DNA from: an uncultured virus (IMG/VR IMGVR_UViG_3300029258_002658)
Taxonomy: Duplodnaviria; Heunggongvirae; Uroviricota; Caudoviricetes
Strand: one strand, 5' to 3'
Length of the DNA: 64,000 nt
IMG/VR virus record: IMGVR_UViG_3300029258_002658
Both the position numbers and the translations under genes were made by a program. The first letter of the stretch is position 1, and each line of letters begins with the position of its first letter. This document shows, in pieces, positions 38,039 through 46,825 of the stretch. Under the pieces are notes generated by a model, which saw only the letters and a program-made list of their open reading frames with translations, did not search any database and was not told where the DNA came from.

Positions 38039-38794
38039 TCAGTCGGCAACGCCGTAGTTGTCCTCCAGTTCGGAGATCGTCCGCTCCACGGCCACTAGCG
38101 GGTCCTCGCTCTTCACGATAGGCCTTCCGATGACCAGCAGTTCCGCCCCGAAGTCCAAGGCCTTACACGGGGTCACCACCCGCTTCTGATCGTCCTGAGA
38201 CACGTTCTGTTCCGCGAGGAACCACTCTGGGCGGATCCCTGGGACGACAGGCCGTAGGCCTAGATCCCGCACCTGTCGAGCCTCGTGCCCTGAGCAGACC
38301 GCACCCCAAACACCCGCATCCCTTGCCAAGGTAGCGAACATCGGAACCTTCTCCGCAGGGACGCTGCCGTAGATCTTCTCGCATTCCTCGGCGCTCAGGG
38401 AGGTCAGCACCGATACAGCCAGGATCCCTAACTCCGGAACTTCCCCAACATCCGTGTAATGCAGACTCTTTCGGGTGTCCCGAGCCGCTTCGCAAGCCGC
38501 CGTAAGCATCCCGATCCCTCCTGATGCGTGTACCGTCACCAGTGAAGGCATGTAGTTCGCGAGCCGATTCAGCTGGTTCTTAACGGTGTTCGGGATGTCA
38601 TGTAGCTTCAGATCAAGCCACAGCTTCGCCTTCGACTGGACGATGATCCTGGCTAGTGCAGGCCCCAGGGGATCAAGGAACAAGTCGTTCATCTTGAACC
38701 CCCAAACGAGAGGGCTCAGCAGAGTCACCAGCTTTGCCGCAGCCGCCGCCGAGATCCCATCCAAGGCAACGACGATTCTGTTCTTCAGGTCCAT
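38039..38794 (-). CDS. pyrF: orotidine-5'-phosphate decarboxylase
   Basis: IVVALD, DLKLHDIPNTV, VTVHASGG, VLTS, PGIRP, DDQKRVVTP, VIGRPI. Confidence 0.95.
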   Translation of the reverse strand: MDLKNRIVVALDGISAAAAAKLVTLLSPLVWGFKMNDLFLDPLGPALARIIVQSKAKLWLDLKLHDIPNTVKNQLNRLANYMPSLVTVHASGGIGMLTAACEAARDTRKSLHYTDVGEVPELGILAVSVLTSLSAEECEKIYGSVPAEKVPMFATLARDAGVWGAVCSGHEARQVRDLGLRPVVPGIRPEWFLAEQNVSQDDQKRVVTPCKALDFGAELLVIGRPIVKSEDPLVAVERTISELEDNYGVAD

Positions 38795-38807
38795 CCCATT
38801 CCTCCTT

Positions 38808-38841
38808 AAAACAACGAGGGCGAGCCTCGCGACCCGCCCTC
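38808..38841 (-). terminator. terminator-like hairpin between pyrE and pyrF
   Basis: GAGGGCGGG..CTCGCCCTC then GTTGTTTT on the minus strand. Confidence 0.5.
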
Positions 38842-38868
38842 AACCAGGGGTACTGCGCTGCCGATCCG

Positions 38869-39573
38869 TTAAGTGGCGCTGTCTAGATCGAAGAAACGCT
38901 TCGAGCCGAATCGCATGAGGTAGTCTTGTAAGGCCTTGTAGCTATCGGGATTCTGCTCCTCCAGAAGAGCCGCAAGATCCTTCACCGTAGCGAGGGAGAA
39001 GACCGGAACACCCGTCGCCGTTTCGAAGTCCTGGACAGCGTCCTTCTCGTCGCCACCCCGCTCCATCCGGTCGAGGGCCACCACCACGCCAGCCACCGTA
39101 GCCCCAGTATCCGTGACCTTCTGGAGGGCCTCGATCTTGGTCTGCCCCGTCGTGATGACATCATCCACGATGACCACCACATCGTCCGCAGTCGGAGTCG
39201 CCCCGAGGAACTTCGCCTTCTCTCCGTGCTTCTTCTCCTCCTTCCGGTCGGAGGACCACCGAATGGTATTCTGCCACCGATGGAAAGGCGCATCCTCAGC
39301 CAGAGCCATCGCCGTTGCCACGGCCAAGGGGATGCCCTTGTACGCAGGCCCGAAGATGATCGAAGGCTCCTGCATCTTAGGATCCGTCTTCGCGACCACG
39401 AGCCGCCGAATCGAAACCGCAAAGAGGTTGGCAAGGGTCACCATCCCCCGCCCTTCGTTCACCTCTCCGATGTTGAAGAAGTAGGGCGACTCCCTTCCGG
39501 ATTTGAGGGTGAACGTACCCAGTTGCAAAGCCCCCAGTTCGAGCATGATCGAGATCGGGTCGATGCGGTCCAT
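38869..39573 (-). CDS. pyrE: orotate phosphoribosyltransferase
   Basis: FTLKSGRESPYFFN, FGPAYKGIP, RKEEKKHGE, VIVDDVITTG, LDRMERG. Confidence 0.95.
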   Translation of the reverse strand: MDRIDPISIMLELGALQLGTFTLKSGRESPYFFNIGEVNEGRGMVTLANLFAVSIRRLVVAKTDPKMQEPSIIFGPAYKGIPLAVATAMALAEDAPFHRWQNTIRWSSDRKEEKKHGEKAKFLGATPTADDVVVIVDDVITTGQTKIEALQKVTDTGATVAGVVVALDRMERGGDEKDAVQDFETATGVPVFSLATVKDLAALLEEQNPDSYKALQDYLMRFGSKRFFDLDSAT

Positions 39574-39748
39574 GTTTTTCCCCATAGCTGAAAGTGGGAG
39601 CCCACGGGCGGTTGGAGTAAAATCCCCCGGTACGCGATTTATGGCCTCCAAACCCGGAATCTACCAACAAGGTTCATCCAGGGACTCCGCCCGTGGGCAA
39701 GATCGTTGCCTATCCAGTGACGTAGCAATAAAACAAGAGGGGTCAGTC

Positions 39749-40255
39749 CTAGTCGTGATGTGGGAGCAGCGGCGGCAGGCTTCCGCTTTTGCAGAGACTG
39801 TCCAGTTGAGGGATTGCCCACTGAGCGACGGTTTGGCCTTTGGCGGGTCCTTGGGGGATGATCGTATGGGCTAGGAACTCCTGCTCAAAGGTCGATATCC
39901 CTGTCTCTACGACCTTCAGCTTGGCCTGGATAGCCATGCACAGGGATCTCCAGCGGCGTCGGATTTCAGCGGTGTGTGCGGCCTCGCGAGGCTTTGCGGC
40001 TCGTTCCGAGCCGCCGGGGGTGAGGCGGATCTCGTCCTCGTCCGGCGACGGTAGAGGTAGAACGAAACGCACAGACCAAGATTGGTAGCGGAATCCATGG
40101 TAGCGGAATCCGATGTGGACCGTCTCGCTCCCGTCCGGATGTGTTTCGCTTCTGTAGGCGAAATGATCTGCGCCGTACCTCTTCAGGTTCCGTTCGATCT
40201 GGGCACGGCTCCGTTCGGGGGAAACCGAGGTCCCCTGTGCGTATTTCCTAGCCAT
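39749..40255 (-). CDS. conserved phage-type hypothetical protein
   Basis: YAQGTSVS..SRAQIE..L.RYGA ... RRWRSL..IQAKL..VETGISTFEQEFLAH, a pattern I recognise from phage hypotheticals. Confidence 0.7.
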   Translation of the reverse strand: MARKYAQGTSVSPERSRAQIERNLKRYGADHFAYRSETHPDGSETVHIGFRYHGFRYQSWSVRFVLPLPSPDEDEIRLTPGGSERAAKPREAAHTAEIRRRWRSLCMAIQAKLKVVETGISTFEQEFLAHTIIPQGPAKGQTVAQWAIPQLDSLCKSGSLPPLLPHHD

Positions 40256-40530
40256 CACCATCCTCTCGGGGTTCAGGGGTTCGGGGGATCGACGGCCACC
40301 AGTTCACTTCAACGAAACAAAACAAGAGGGGCGGAGTCTTAGTCCGTTGATGCCTACCGTCGCGGGGTGGCCACCGAGTCGTCCTGCTGTTGGTGGGTCG
40401 CTAGGAGCGGTGTTGGGTGGGATCCCTGGGGGCTCATACCAGGGTGGCGGGATGTGGGCAGGCTCGCACAATGGGCGTGGGACGTATGGCGGTGACCACC
40501 CGTGCGACGGAGGAAGCTATTACGGTATGA

Positions 40531-40700
40531 GTGACGCACGACGCGCAAGGGAAACACGGACTGAGCGACGTGCGACGTACGTAGCCAATTAAGGTGTGAG
40601 CGTCGTACGTCGTACGTAGCTGGAGAAATATTTTTTCGAAATGTCAGAGCGACCGCCGAAGACCCATCACGGTGTGGGTGACGCACGACGTACGTGGAGC
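40531..40700. repeat. cluster of CGACGTACGT-type short repeats around an AT-rich spacer (origin-like)
   Basis: GTGACGCACGACG at 40531 and 40678; CGACGTACGTAGC/CGTCGTACGTAGC at ~40573 and ~40608; AGAAATATTTTTTCGAAAT at ~40624. Confidence 0.55.
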
Positions 40701-40816
40701 GTTGGTTCAAGGGTGGGAAATCACCAACTTAGAGAGGGGAACCGCCTCTGACAGGTACAGGAAGCATCCTTATAAGAACCCTTCGTGCGTTTCCATCCCC
40801 GGCACCGGGGCCTATA

Positions 40817-40845
40817 AGGCTACAAACGAGGGCGGGACCTGTCAA
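40817..40845 (-). promoter_or_regulatory. sigma70-like promoter firing into the non-coding region
   Basis: TTGACA-17 bp-TAGCCT. Confidence 0.5.
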
Positions 40846-41008
40846 TACTTTTCTGTGCCCTGCCGCCGAAGATGAACCGCACATCCGCTTGAAAGCCCCG
40901 AAGATACTGGAGTTCGTTGGTGTAAGGAAAATCTGCGAAAAGCGATCACCTCGTATTGCCGGATGTCGAAACGGTGTAGGCAAATACTGGTTGTTAAAAT
41001 GCCCGTAG

Positions 41009-41869
41009 CTATCCCTCCGCACCGTGATTCCCATGCAGTTTCGCCAGCAGTTGGTGGCCCCACCACATCGACTTCTTCGCACTGCGTTTCGGCTCTCTCT
41101 TCCTGACCCCATCGACCACGATGATCCGATCCTCGAAGTACTCTTGCCGCACCCTCTCAACCACCGGGCGCAGGTACTCCGGGATGAACACAGCGAGGCC
41201 GAAGCCCCGTGAGTGGGCGAAGTCGCACTCAGTGGTTGTGACAGTTCCCTGGAGGAAGTTGTGGAGGCCCCACGCCATGTCGTCGGGATCTCCCCAGGTG
41301 GTATGGGCGAAGTGGCACCGTGTGAACGTGCAGTCCTGGAAGGTGCATTGCTGGAAGCGGCTGGAGAGGAAGTCCACCTCCTCGAAGGCGAGGTTGCGAA
41401 ACATGCAGTGTACGAAGATGCACTTCTCGAAGGCGCTCTCTGCGACGGTGAGCGGATCACCGCTGCGGCCTTGGATGAGGGCGTTCTCCAGGAACCCGTT
41501 CGTGACCCGTTTGTCCGCGATTCGGGTTTCCCAACGGAGAGTCTCGGGTAGGATCAGGGCGCGGCCCCCCTCCAAGATCGCCCACACACCCTCTGGTAGG
41601 TCTGGGAGCGTGGCTCTGGTCTCCGGGGTGAGGCCACGGATATGACGCTTGCCTTCCAGCCAGACCCTTTCACGGTAGAGCAATCCCGGCGGGAGGACAT
41701 CCCATGTCATAGTCGGGCTGATGATTCCGGCTCCCGTCTGGTCGTCTTCGAAGAAACGCAGCTTCGCCTCGAAGATGGCAAACAGATCGGGACGAGTGGA
41801 GCCGAGTTGCTCCAACACCTCCGCGTCGTAATCGGTAAGTCCCAGTGCGCTTAGTAGCTTCGGATTCAT
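41009..41869 (-). CDS. pentapeptide-repeat-containing protein
   Basis: SAFEKCIFVHCMFRNLAFEEVDFLSSRFQQCTFQDCTFTRCHF 5-residue periodicity; ATGA overlap with the upstream gene. Confidence 0.7.
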   Translation of the reverse strand: MNPKLLSALGLTDYDAEVLEQLGSTRPDLFAIFEAKLRFFEDDQTGAGIISPTMTWDVLPPGLLYRERVWLEGKRHIRGLTPETRATLPDLPEGVWAILEGGRALILPETLRWETRIADKRVTNGFLENALIQGRSGDPLTVAESAFEKCIFVHCMFRNLAFEEVDFLSSRFQQCTFQDCTFTRCHFAHTTWGDPDDMAWGLHNFLQGTVTTTECDFAHSRGFGLAVFIPEYLRPVVERVRQEYFEDRIIVVDGVRKREPKRSAKKSMWWGHQLLAKLHGNHGAEG

Positions 41870-43302
41870 TGGCTTGATCCTGCCATGGCTGAAACTTCGA
41901 TCTGGCCGATATAGGAGAGTAGGCACCCTACTCGTATCGGGCAGGTTTTGCAGTGGATCCCCGTTCGGCGGGGCCAATACCCCTCTCGGAAGGAGTAGAT
42001 CATCTGCTTCGTGGTGTTGCGGATCCGTGGGACGGCCTGCTGAAGGAGAGGGGCTATCGGGATGCGGGTGACACGCGGCCCCTCGAAGGGGTTGAGGTCG
42101 CGGATCTCCGAGAACCTGGGCTGCTGCTTCCAGACCAGTTTGGCGAGCAGGGAGTACAGCCCTAGCTGGCGCATGTAGGTCAGGACTCGCGCAACCGCCG
42201 ATGGGGGCCTGCCGATGGTGGTTTTGATGTCCGAGACCACGGTCTCTCCGGAGTTCAGGTCGTAGTTGAGGTCCAGGGTGCCGAAGAAGTGAACCGGGAT
42301 CGTCCGTTCGTCGTAGGTGAAGGACAGTCCTACTGGAGCCGCTACTTTCCGTTCGGTGCCGAGGATCTGGATAGGCTCATCCAGTAGCAGGGCGTGGTAG
42401 TGCGTGACCATCCCACTGGCGAACCGTTGGAACTCGACCTTGTCGTCTTCCCTTGGCTTCTGGTCCAGCTTCTTCAGTTCCGGGCTGAGGTTGGTGATCT
42501 CGAAGCAGGCGTCGATGGCCTTCTCAAGGCTGGTGCCGTCAACGTAGCCCTTCTCCATCATCTCGATATGGAGCGTCTCCGCTCCAGCATGGGCCGCAGT
42601 GCCGATGAGCATCATGCGGTTGATAGGCAGCGCCAGCTTCAGCACCTTGTTGCAGAAGTACAGGTACGGGCACTTGGTGAAGACACCCATCCCCGACTGG
42701 TTGATGCCGAGGAAAGCGTTGGGAGCCCTGGCGTCCTGAGGCCAATCCGGTGGCTCATCCTCTTCCTCCGGCATGTCGCGCCAGTCGAAGGCCCAGGCTT
42801 CGACAGGGATATAGACCCCCCTCCCGTTTTGATTCAAGGAGCGCAGTCCAAGCCACTGCCCTCCGTGAAAGGTGTGGAGCGCCCCAAACCCTTCGACCGT
42901 GCCGGAGTAGTGCGGGTCCACGCCGAGGGTGTTCCCGATATCCCACCCGGTATCGGGTGGTTTCTCCGATAAAGCTAGTACTGGTCCCCACTTAGAGGCG
43001 ATTTCCCGTAGATTCGCCTCGATGGTCTCGACCTCCAAAAGTGAAAAAGTTTTACGGTTTCGGGAGGTGGGGGAGAGGATCCAAGCCTTGTCCAAATCAC
43101 TGAACTTCTTAGTGCAGAAGGGGATTCCGGTGGTTCCTCCCATCCTACTGCCCCGGATCGCCTCGACCACTTTAGGGTGGTACGGGCAGTAGACCCGGAA
43201 GGAAGCCACGGCTGACGAGGATCTCTGATAGGGCTGCCGGTACCAGCGAATGCTATGGGCCGGGTCCTTGATGAGTATGTCCCAGGACGGAGTATCGGGC
43301 AT
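41866..43302 (-). CDS. PD-(D/E)XK exonuclease (RecB/AddB/Cas4-like) with probable Fe-S cluster
   Basis: CPY..GTAAH..E..GTLD..SDIKT..RQLGLY..HCKTCPIRVGC (1+3 Cys). Confidence 0.8.
   Translation of the reverse strand: MPDTPSWDILIKDPAHSIRWYRQPYQRSSSAVASFRVYCPYHPKVVEAIRGSRMGGTTGIPFCTKKFSDLDKAWILSPTSRNRKTFSLLEVETIEANLREIASKWGPVLALSEKPPDTGWDIGNTLGVDPHYSGTVEGFGALHTFHGGQWLGLRSLNQNGRGVYIPVEAWAFDWRDMPEEEDEPPDWPQDARAPNAFLGINQSGMGVFTKCPYLYFCNKVLKLALPINRMMLIGTAAHAGAETLHIEMMEKGYVDGTSLEKAIDACFEITNLSPELKKLDQKPREDDKVEFQRFASGMVTHYHALLLDEPIQILGTERKVAAPVGLSFTYDERTIPVHFFGTLDLNYDLNSGETVVSDIKTTIGRPPSAVARVLTYMRQLGLYSLLAKLVWKQQPRFSEIRDLNPFEGPRVTRIPIAPLLQQAVPRIRNTTKQMIYSFREGYWPRRTGIHCKTCPIRVGCLLSYIGQIEVSAMAGSSQ
43036..43062. 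promoter_or_regulatory. 27-bp palindromic site, copy 5 (intragenic)
   Basis: CAAAAGTGAAAAA-G-TTTTACGGTTTCG. Confidence 0.55.
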
Positions 43303-44437
43303 GGGCCAAAGGGTAGTAGCGTTCCTGCCTTCCGAGGAACTACTGCGGGTTGCTCACTCCGCAGATATAGTGGCGTTAGCAACAGCACTGGGTATGCACC
43401 CTGTTCGCGAGACCCAAGCTGCGTGGAGAGTCGTCTGTCCCTTCCACCAGGACTCAGAGGCCGATGGCGGATCGTGTCACCTCTACACCGTAGGTAGGAA
43501 GGGGCCACGCTTTCAGTGTTACGGATTGGGGTGTGGGGCTCATGGCAATGCGATGGATCTCTACTGCTATGTCAGGGGATGGCGGCGGCAGGGTAAGGGT
43601 TCGATGGTCCCTCACGCTGCTTACGAGATCCACAAACTCCAGGGTATGGGCTTCGCGATTAACCCTACCTTTCGAGGTGACACGCAGGCCCTGACCGATG
43701 CGAAGGTGTTCGAAGGGTTCGACCGTGTTGGAGGGGTGGGGCCGTTCTGGGTAGACCCGAAGTGGTGGGGGTATCGGACTCCAGCTGGCGAACGTGATCC
43801 TGAAGGGGCCTTACCTGTGTGGAGCATTGCCGATAAGGATCAATGGAAGACGTGGATGCAGAGGCTTGGGAAGCGCCTCCGGCGGTATTGGCTCACTCCC
43901 GATGGAAAGCCTGTGCCGCTATCGTTCCCGGTCGAGGTGGTCGAAGTTGCAGACCTCGCGGCCTACGTGGTTTGTCGTCCGGGATCCTACGGAGCCTTGA
44001 TGGTCGTGTGTGGCCGTACCTTGGAGTACTTCAGAGACACAGTGGGCAAACCTCAGCTATTCACGGGAGCGGAGTTGGCGGGGAAATCGCGGGTCTCGGG
44101 AACACTCCCGATCTTCCTGGTTCGCTTTGCCGTAGAGAACCCGCTGGACCTGATGGTTCTGAAAGCCCTGGGGGTTCCAGCGGTCCTGGGGGTCTGGTGG
44201 AACCTGCCTCTGGAGGTTGTACCTACCAGTGCTGGGATCCACTGCTACACGGCTTTGCTCCCGAAGGGAGGTGTAGGACGCGAGCGGATGATGAAGACGC
44301 TTCGGCGGGAGCAGTCTTGGCTGCCACGGGAGTATCGGATGGATCGCGACTCCCTGCTTCAGTTCGAGTCGATGGGCGAAGCGGAGGAGTATGTGTTTGC
44401 GGCTCTCAGCCGCAATCGAGCGATGGTCCTAGGCTAG
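43301..44437 (+). CDS. DnaG-like primase (CHC2 zinc finger plus divergent TOPRIM)
   Basis: ADIVAL..CPFHQD..SC..FQCYG.GCGAHGNAMD; FAVENPLDLMVL resembles TOPRIM VEG..D. Confidence 0.7.
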   Translation: MGQRVVAFLPSEELLRVAHSADIVALATALGMHPVRETQAAWRVVCPFHQDSEADGGSCHLYTVGRKGPRFQCYGLGCGAHGNAMDLYCYVRGWRRQGKGSMVPHAAYEIHKLQGMGFAINPTFRGDTQALTDAKVFEGFDRVGGVGPFWVDPKWWGYRTPAGERDPEGALPVWSIADKDQWKTWMQRLGKRLRRYWLTPDGKPVPLSFPVEVVEVADLAAYVVCRPGSYGALMVVCGRTLEYFRDTVGKPQLFTGAELAGKSRVSGTLPIFLVRFAVENPLDLMVLKALGVPAVLGVWWNLPLEVVPTSAGIHCYTALLPKGGVGRERMMKTLRREQSWLPREYRMDRDSLLQFESMGEAEEYVFAALSRNRAMVLG

Positions 44438-44938
44438 GGTGAGGCCTCGATGTACCAGGAGGAAAGGCTCCACCCTCGACTGCTTGGCCCATTGGTCCAT
44501 CCACGCCAGCCAAGTCTGCACGGCCTTGGTGAGCGGGAACGTGGTGTGTCGCTTTGTTTCCTCCCAGATCTCAGCACTGTAGACCAGGGCACGGCTTAGA
44601 GGAGCAATGTAGTGGCGGAAGTACTTGTCGATGCTGGTGCTGCGGTACAGGATCTCATCGGGATCCACGCGCACGAAGCACCTGAGGCTTAGGCTGTCTG
44701 CGATCCTTCGGCGCATCTCCGACGTGGACCAGCAGCTGGTGTCCTGCACCACTGCCATACGCCAGTACATGAAGCGGGTGGTCTCGGAGATCTTCCTCCT
44801 CTTGTCTTTCAGGAGACCCATCGCTGTCGTGTCTACCCCACTCTTCGTCAACCACTCCTCCAGGTAGAACCATGTAGGGGTGACACCATGCTTCATTAGC
44901 TCGGCCCATCGGAGTGAAGCGTTAAACTCTTCAGACAT
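44429..44938 (-). CDS. hypothetical protein resembling the IS5/IS1182 transposase N-terminal (DUF772) domain
   Basis: MYWRMAVVQ..WSTSEMRRRIADSLSLRCFVRVDPDE..STSI; no DDE domain. Confidence 0.45.
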   Translation of the reverse strand: MSEEFNASLRWAELMKHGVTPTWFYLEEWLTKSGVDTTAMGLLKDKRRKISETTRFMYWRMAVVQDTSCWSTSEMRRRIADSLSLRCFVRVDPDEILYRSTSIDKYFRHYIAPLSRALVYSAEIWEETKRHTTFPLTKAVQTWLAWMDQWAKQSRVEPFLLVHRGLTLA

Positions 44939-44951
44939 CGCGGAGACCTTT

Positions 44952-46508
44952 ATGTCCTACGTACTACACCCGTTCCAACGCCAGACGATCAAGAGGGGGG
45001 AGGAGGCTTTGCTGGCCGGGGACAACCTGTTGGTGGCCTCGCCCACGGGTACGGGGAAGTCCCTGATGGAACTCCCTTTGCTGGAGATTGCCCTTGATAT
45101 GGGGCTCACGCCTATCATGGTGACCGTCCGCAACGTCATCATCGATGATCTGAAGAAGAAGGCCGACCGACTGGGGATCAGTACTAGGGGGATGCTCTGG
45201 ACCCCTACGACGTACACAAACCGGCTTGCGAGTGGGAAGGTTCGGGCGGCGGAGTACCTGATTATAGACGAGGGGCACAGGCTCCTGGCCCCGACGTGGC
45301 AGATGCTTCTGGAGGCGAACTGCCCCGTTGCAGCCTTCACCGCCACACCGTTGAGGGGGACCGTGCAGGAAAGTCCGGAGTGGTTGTCGTTCTTCCAGCG
45401 GCGGCATGAGGCTATCACGATCCTTCGTGCGATCCGGCAGCGGTACCTCGCTCCGTTCTTCTTCATCAAGGAGACCATGGGGGCTCTTCGCTCCGGGCTC
45501 ACTGGTGATAGGCAGCAGGACCGAGCCTGTGAGAGCCTCGTCAAGGAGCAGTTGCCGGACATCTTCGATAAGGTGATGAAGTACGACCCGAACCGTGAGC
45601 GGCCCACCGTTATCATGGCACCGACGTTGGCTGCTGCTCTGCGGATCGAGATGTATTTCACCCGTCACGGTCTTCCCACTCAGGCCATGCACGAGAACAC
45701 GGAGAAGACTGCTCGCCGCCGGATGTTGCAGCAGCTGGAGAACAACGAGACGGCCATCGTGGCAATCAACCTGCTTACCGAGGGTGTGGATGTTCAGCAG
45801 GTGGCTCGTGTTGTGGTCTTGCGTGAATCCACGTCTCCGATTCCCTACATCCAAGGCATCGGGAGAGGATTGCGGCCTATCTACGGTGAGGGCGGAAAGC
45901 CGGATTGGGGTCTGAAGGCCGATTGCATGGTCCAGGACTTCACTGGCAACCTCGAACGCTTCTCGACCCAACTCTGGGACCTGATGGAACTGCGTTTCGA
46001 GGAACACGATCTCATCATCCGACCAGATCTTCGTGTGACTTCTTCTGCCGATGCGTCTCTCGACACTGCTAGGGACATGGCCCAGCCGACATTCCGGTTC
46101 ACTGCGACCAAGGCGCACGACTTCACCCTGGAGAAGGATGGGGAGCAGATTCGGGTGACGCTCGGAGAAACACCTGCTGGCCAGTGGGCGGCACGGGTTT
46201 ATCAGGATAACGAAGCCACAACGCACTGCTTGGTGAACGGAGAGTGGCGCTCGAAGCAGACTTCTCTCCGTCCCGTGGACTTCGCTATCGCTGTTGGGGG
46301 CCGTTCGGACCTCGCTTGGAAGTGGATTCACATGCTCGGAGGGGGTATCGAACTGGCTTGCGTAGACTCCCCGACCGTAGGGAGACTCCTGGCGTACACC
46401 TTGGTACTGCGACTTCGAGACAGTGTTGCCAGTAGTGACCTCAGCACCGTGGCTCAGCGCCTTTTGAAGAGCGTCCCACCACCCGTTGTGATACGCTCTC
46501 GGACGTAG
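44952..46508 (+). CDS. superfamily 2 (DExH) helicase
   Basis: Q motif LHPFQ, SPTGTGKS, IIDEGH, TATP, LLTEGVD, QGIGRGLR. Confidence 0.92.
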   Translation: MSYVLHPFQRQTIKRGEEALLAGDNLLVASPTGTGKSLMELPLLEIALDMGLTPIMVTVRNVIIDDLKKKADRLGISTRGMLWTPTTYTNRLASGKVRAAEYLIIDEGHRLLAPTWQMLLEANCPVAAFTATPLRGTVQESPEWLSFFQRRHEAITILRAIRQRYLAPFFFIKETMGALRSGLTGDRQQDRACESLVKEQLPDIFDKVMKYDPNRERPTVIMAPTLAAALRIEMYFTRHGLPTQAMHENTEKTARRRMLQQLENNETAIVAINLLTEGVDVQQVARVVVLRESTSPIPYIQGIGRGLRPIYGEGGKPDWGLKADCMVQDFTGNLERFSTQLWDLMELRFEEHDLIIRPDLRVTSSADASLDTARDMAQPTFRFTATKAHDFTLEKDGEQIRVTLGETPAGQWAARVYQDNEATTHCLVNGEWRSKQTSLRPVDFAIAVGGRSDLAWKWIHMLGGGIELACVDSPTVGRLLAYTLVLRLRDSVASSDLSTVAQRLLKSVPPPVVIRSRT

Positions 46509-46724
46509 TTTTGAGGATTTCAGTGCCATGAACCTCAGAAAGATTGCGATTTCAGGACTCATGCAGTTGTACGGGTATGTGTCAGGGAGGTAATCTGTTT
46601 TTTAGGGCACCTGCCCGGAACGCTTTAAGAGTAAAGGGATTTTTGGTTTACGTCCAGGATCTGAATTAGCCAGAATAGCGAAATGCCGGACATGTCAGTG
46701 TCCATATCCAAGGAAGAGGCTTCG

Positions 46725-46753
46725 TTGCGCCTTGTGGGAATAGGGTTTAGACT
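46725..46753 (+). promoter_or_regulatory. candidate promoter of the structural block
   Basis: TTGCGC-17 bp-TAGACT in an AT-richer 320-bp intergenic region. Confidence 0.35.
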
Positions 46754-46825
46754 CAGTATCGAAGAAGAGTTTTTTCCCAGCTGACCCGCCGTACGAAGCC
46801 TCCCAGATGGGGAGGAGCGACCTGA

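Noticed and set aside
41866..43302. Cas4 / CRISPR adaptation gene
   Set aside because: A stand-alone PD-(D/E)XK nuclease beside primase and helicase is typical of viral recombination/replication; no cas1/cas2 or array
44429..44938. Active insertion sequence
   Set aside because: No DDE domain, terminal inverted repeats or target duplication
44964..46562. 532-aa minus-strand ORF (also 24796-26010, 50574-51608, 59051-60601, 3198-4148, 6305-7411)
   Set aside because: Antisense shadows of well-supported genes in GC-rich DNA; no motifs of their own
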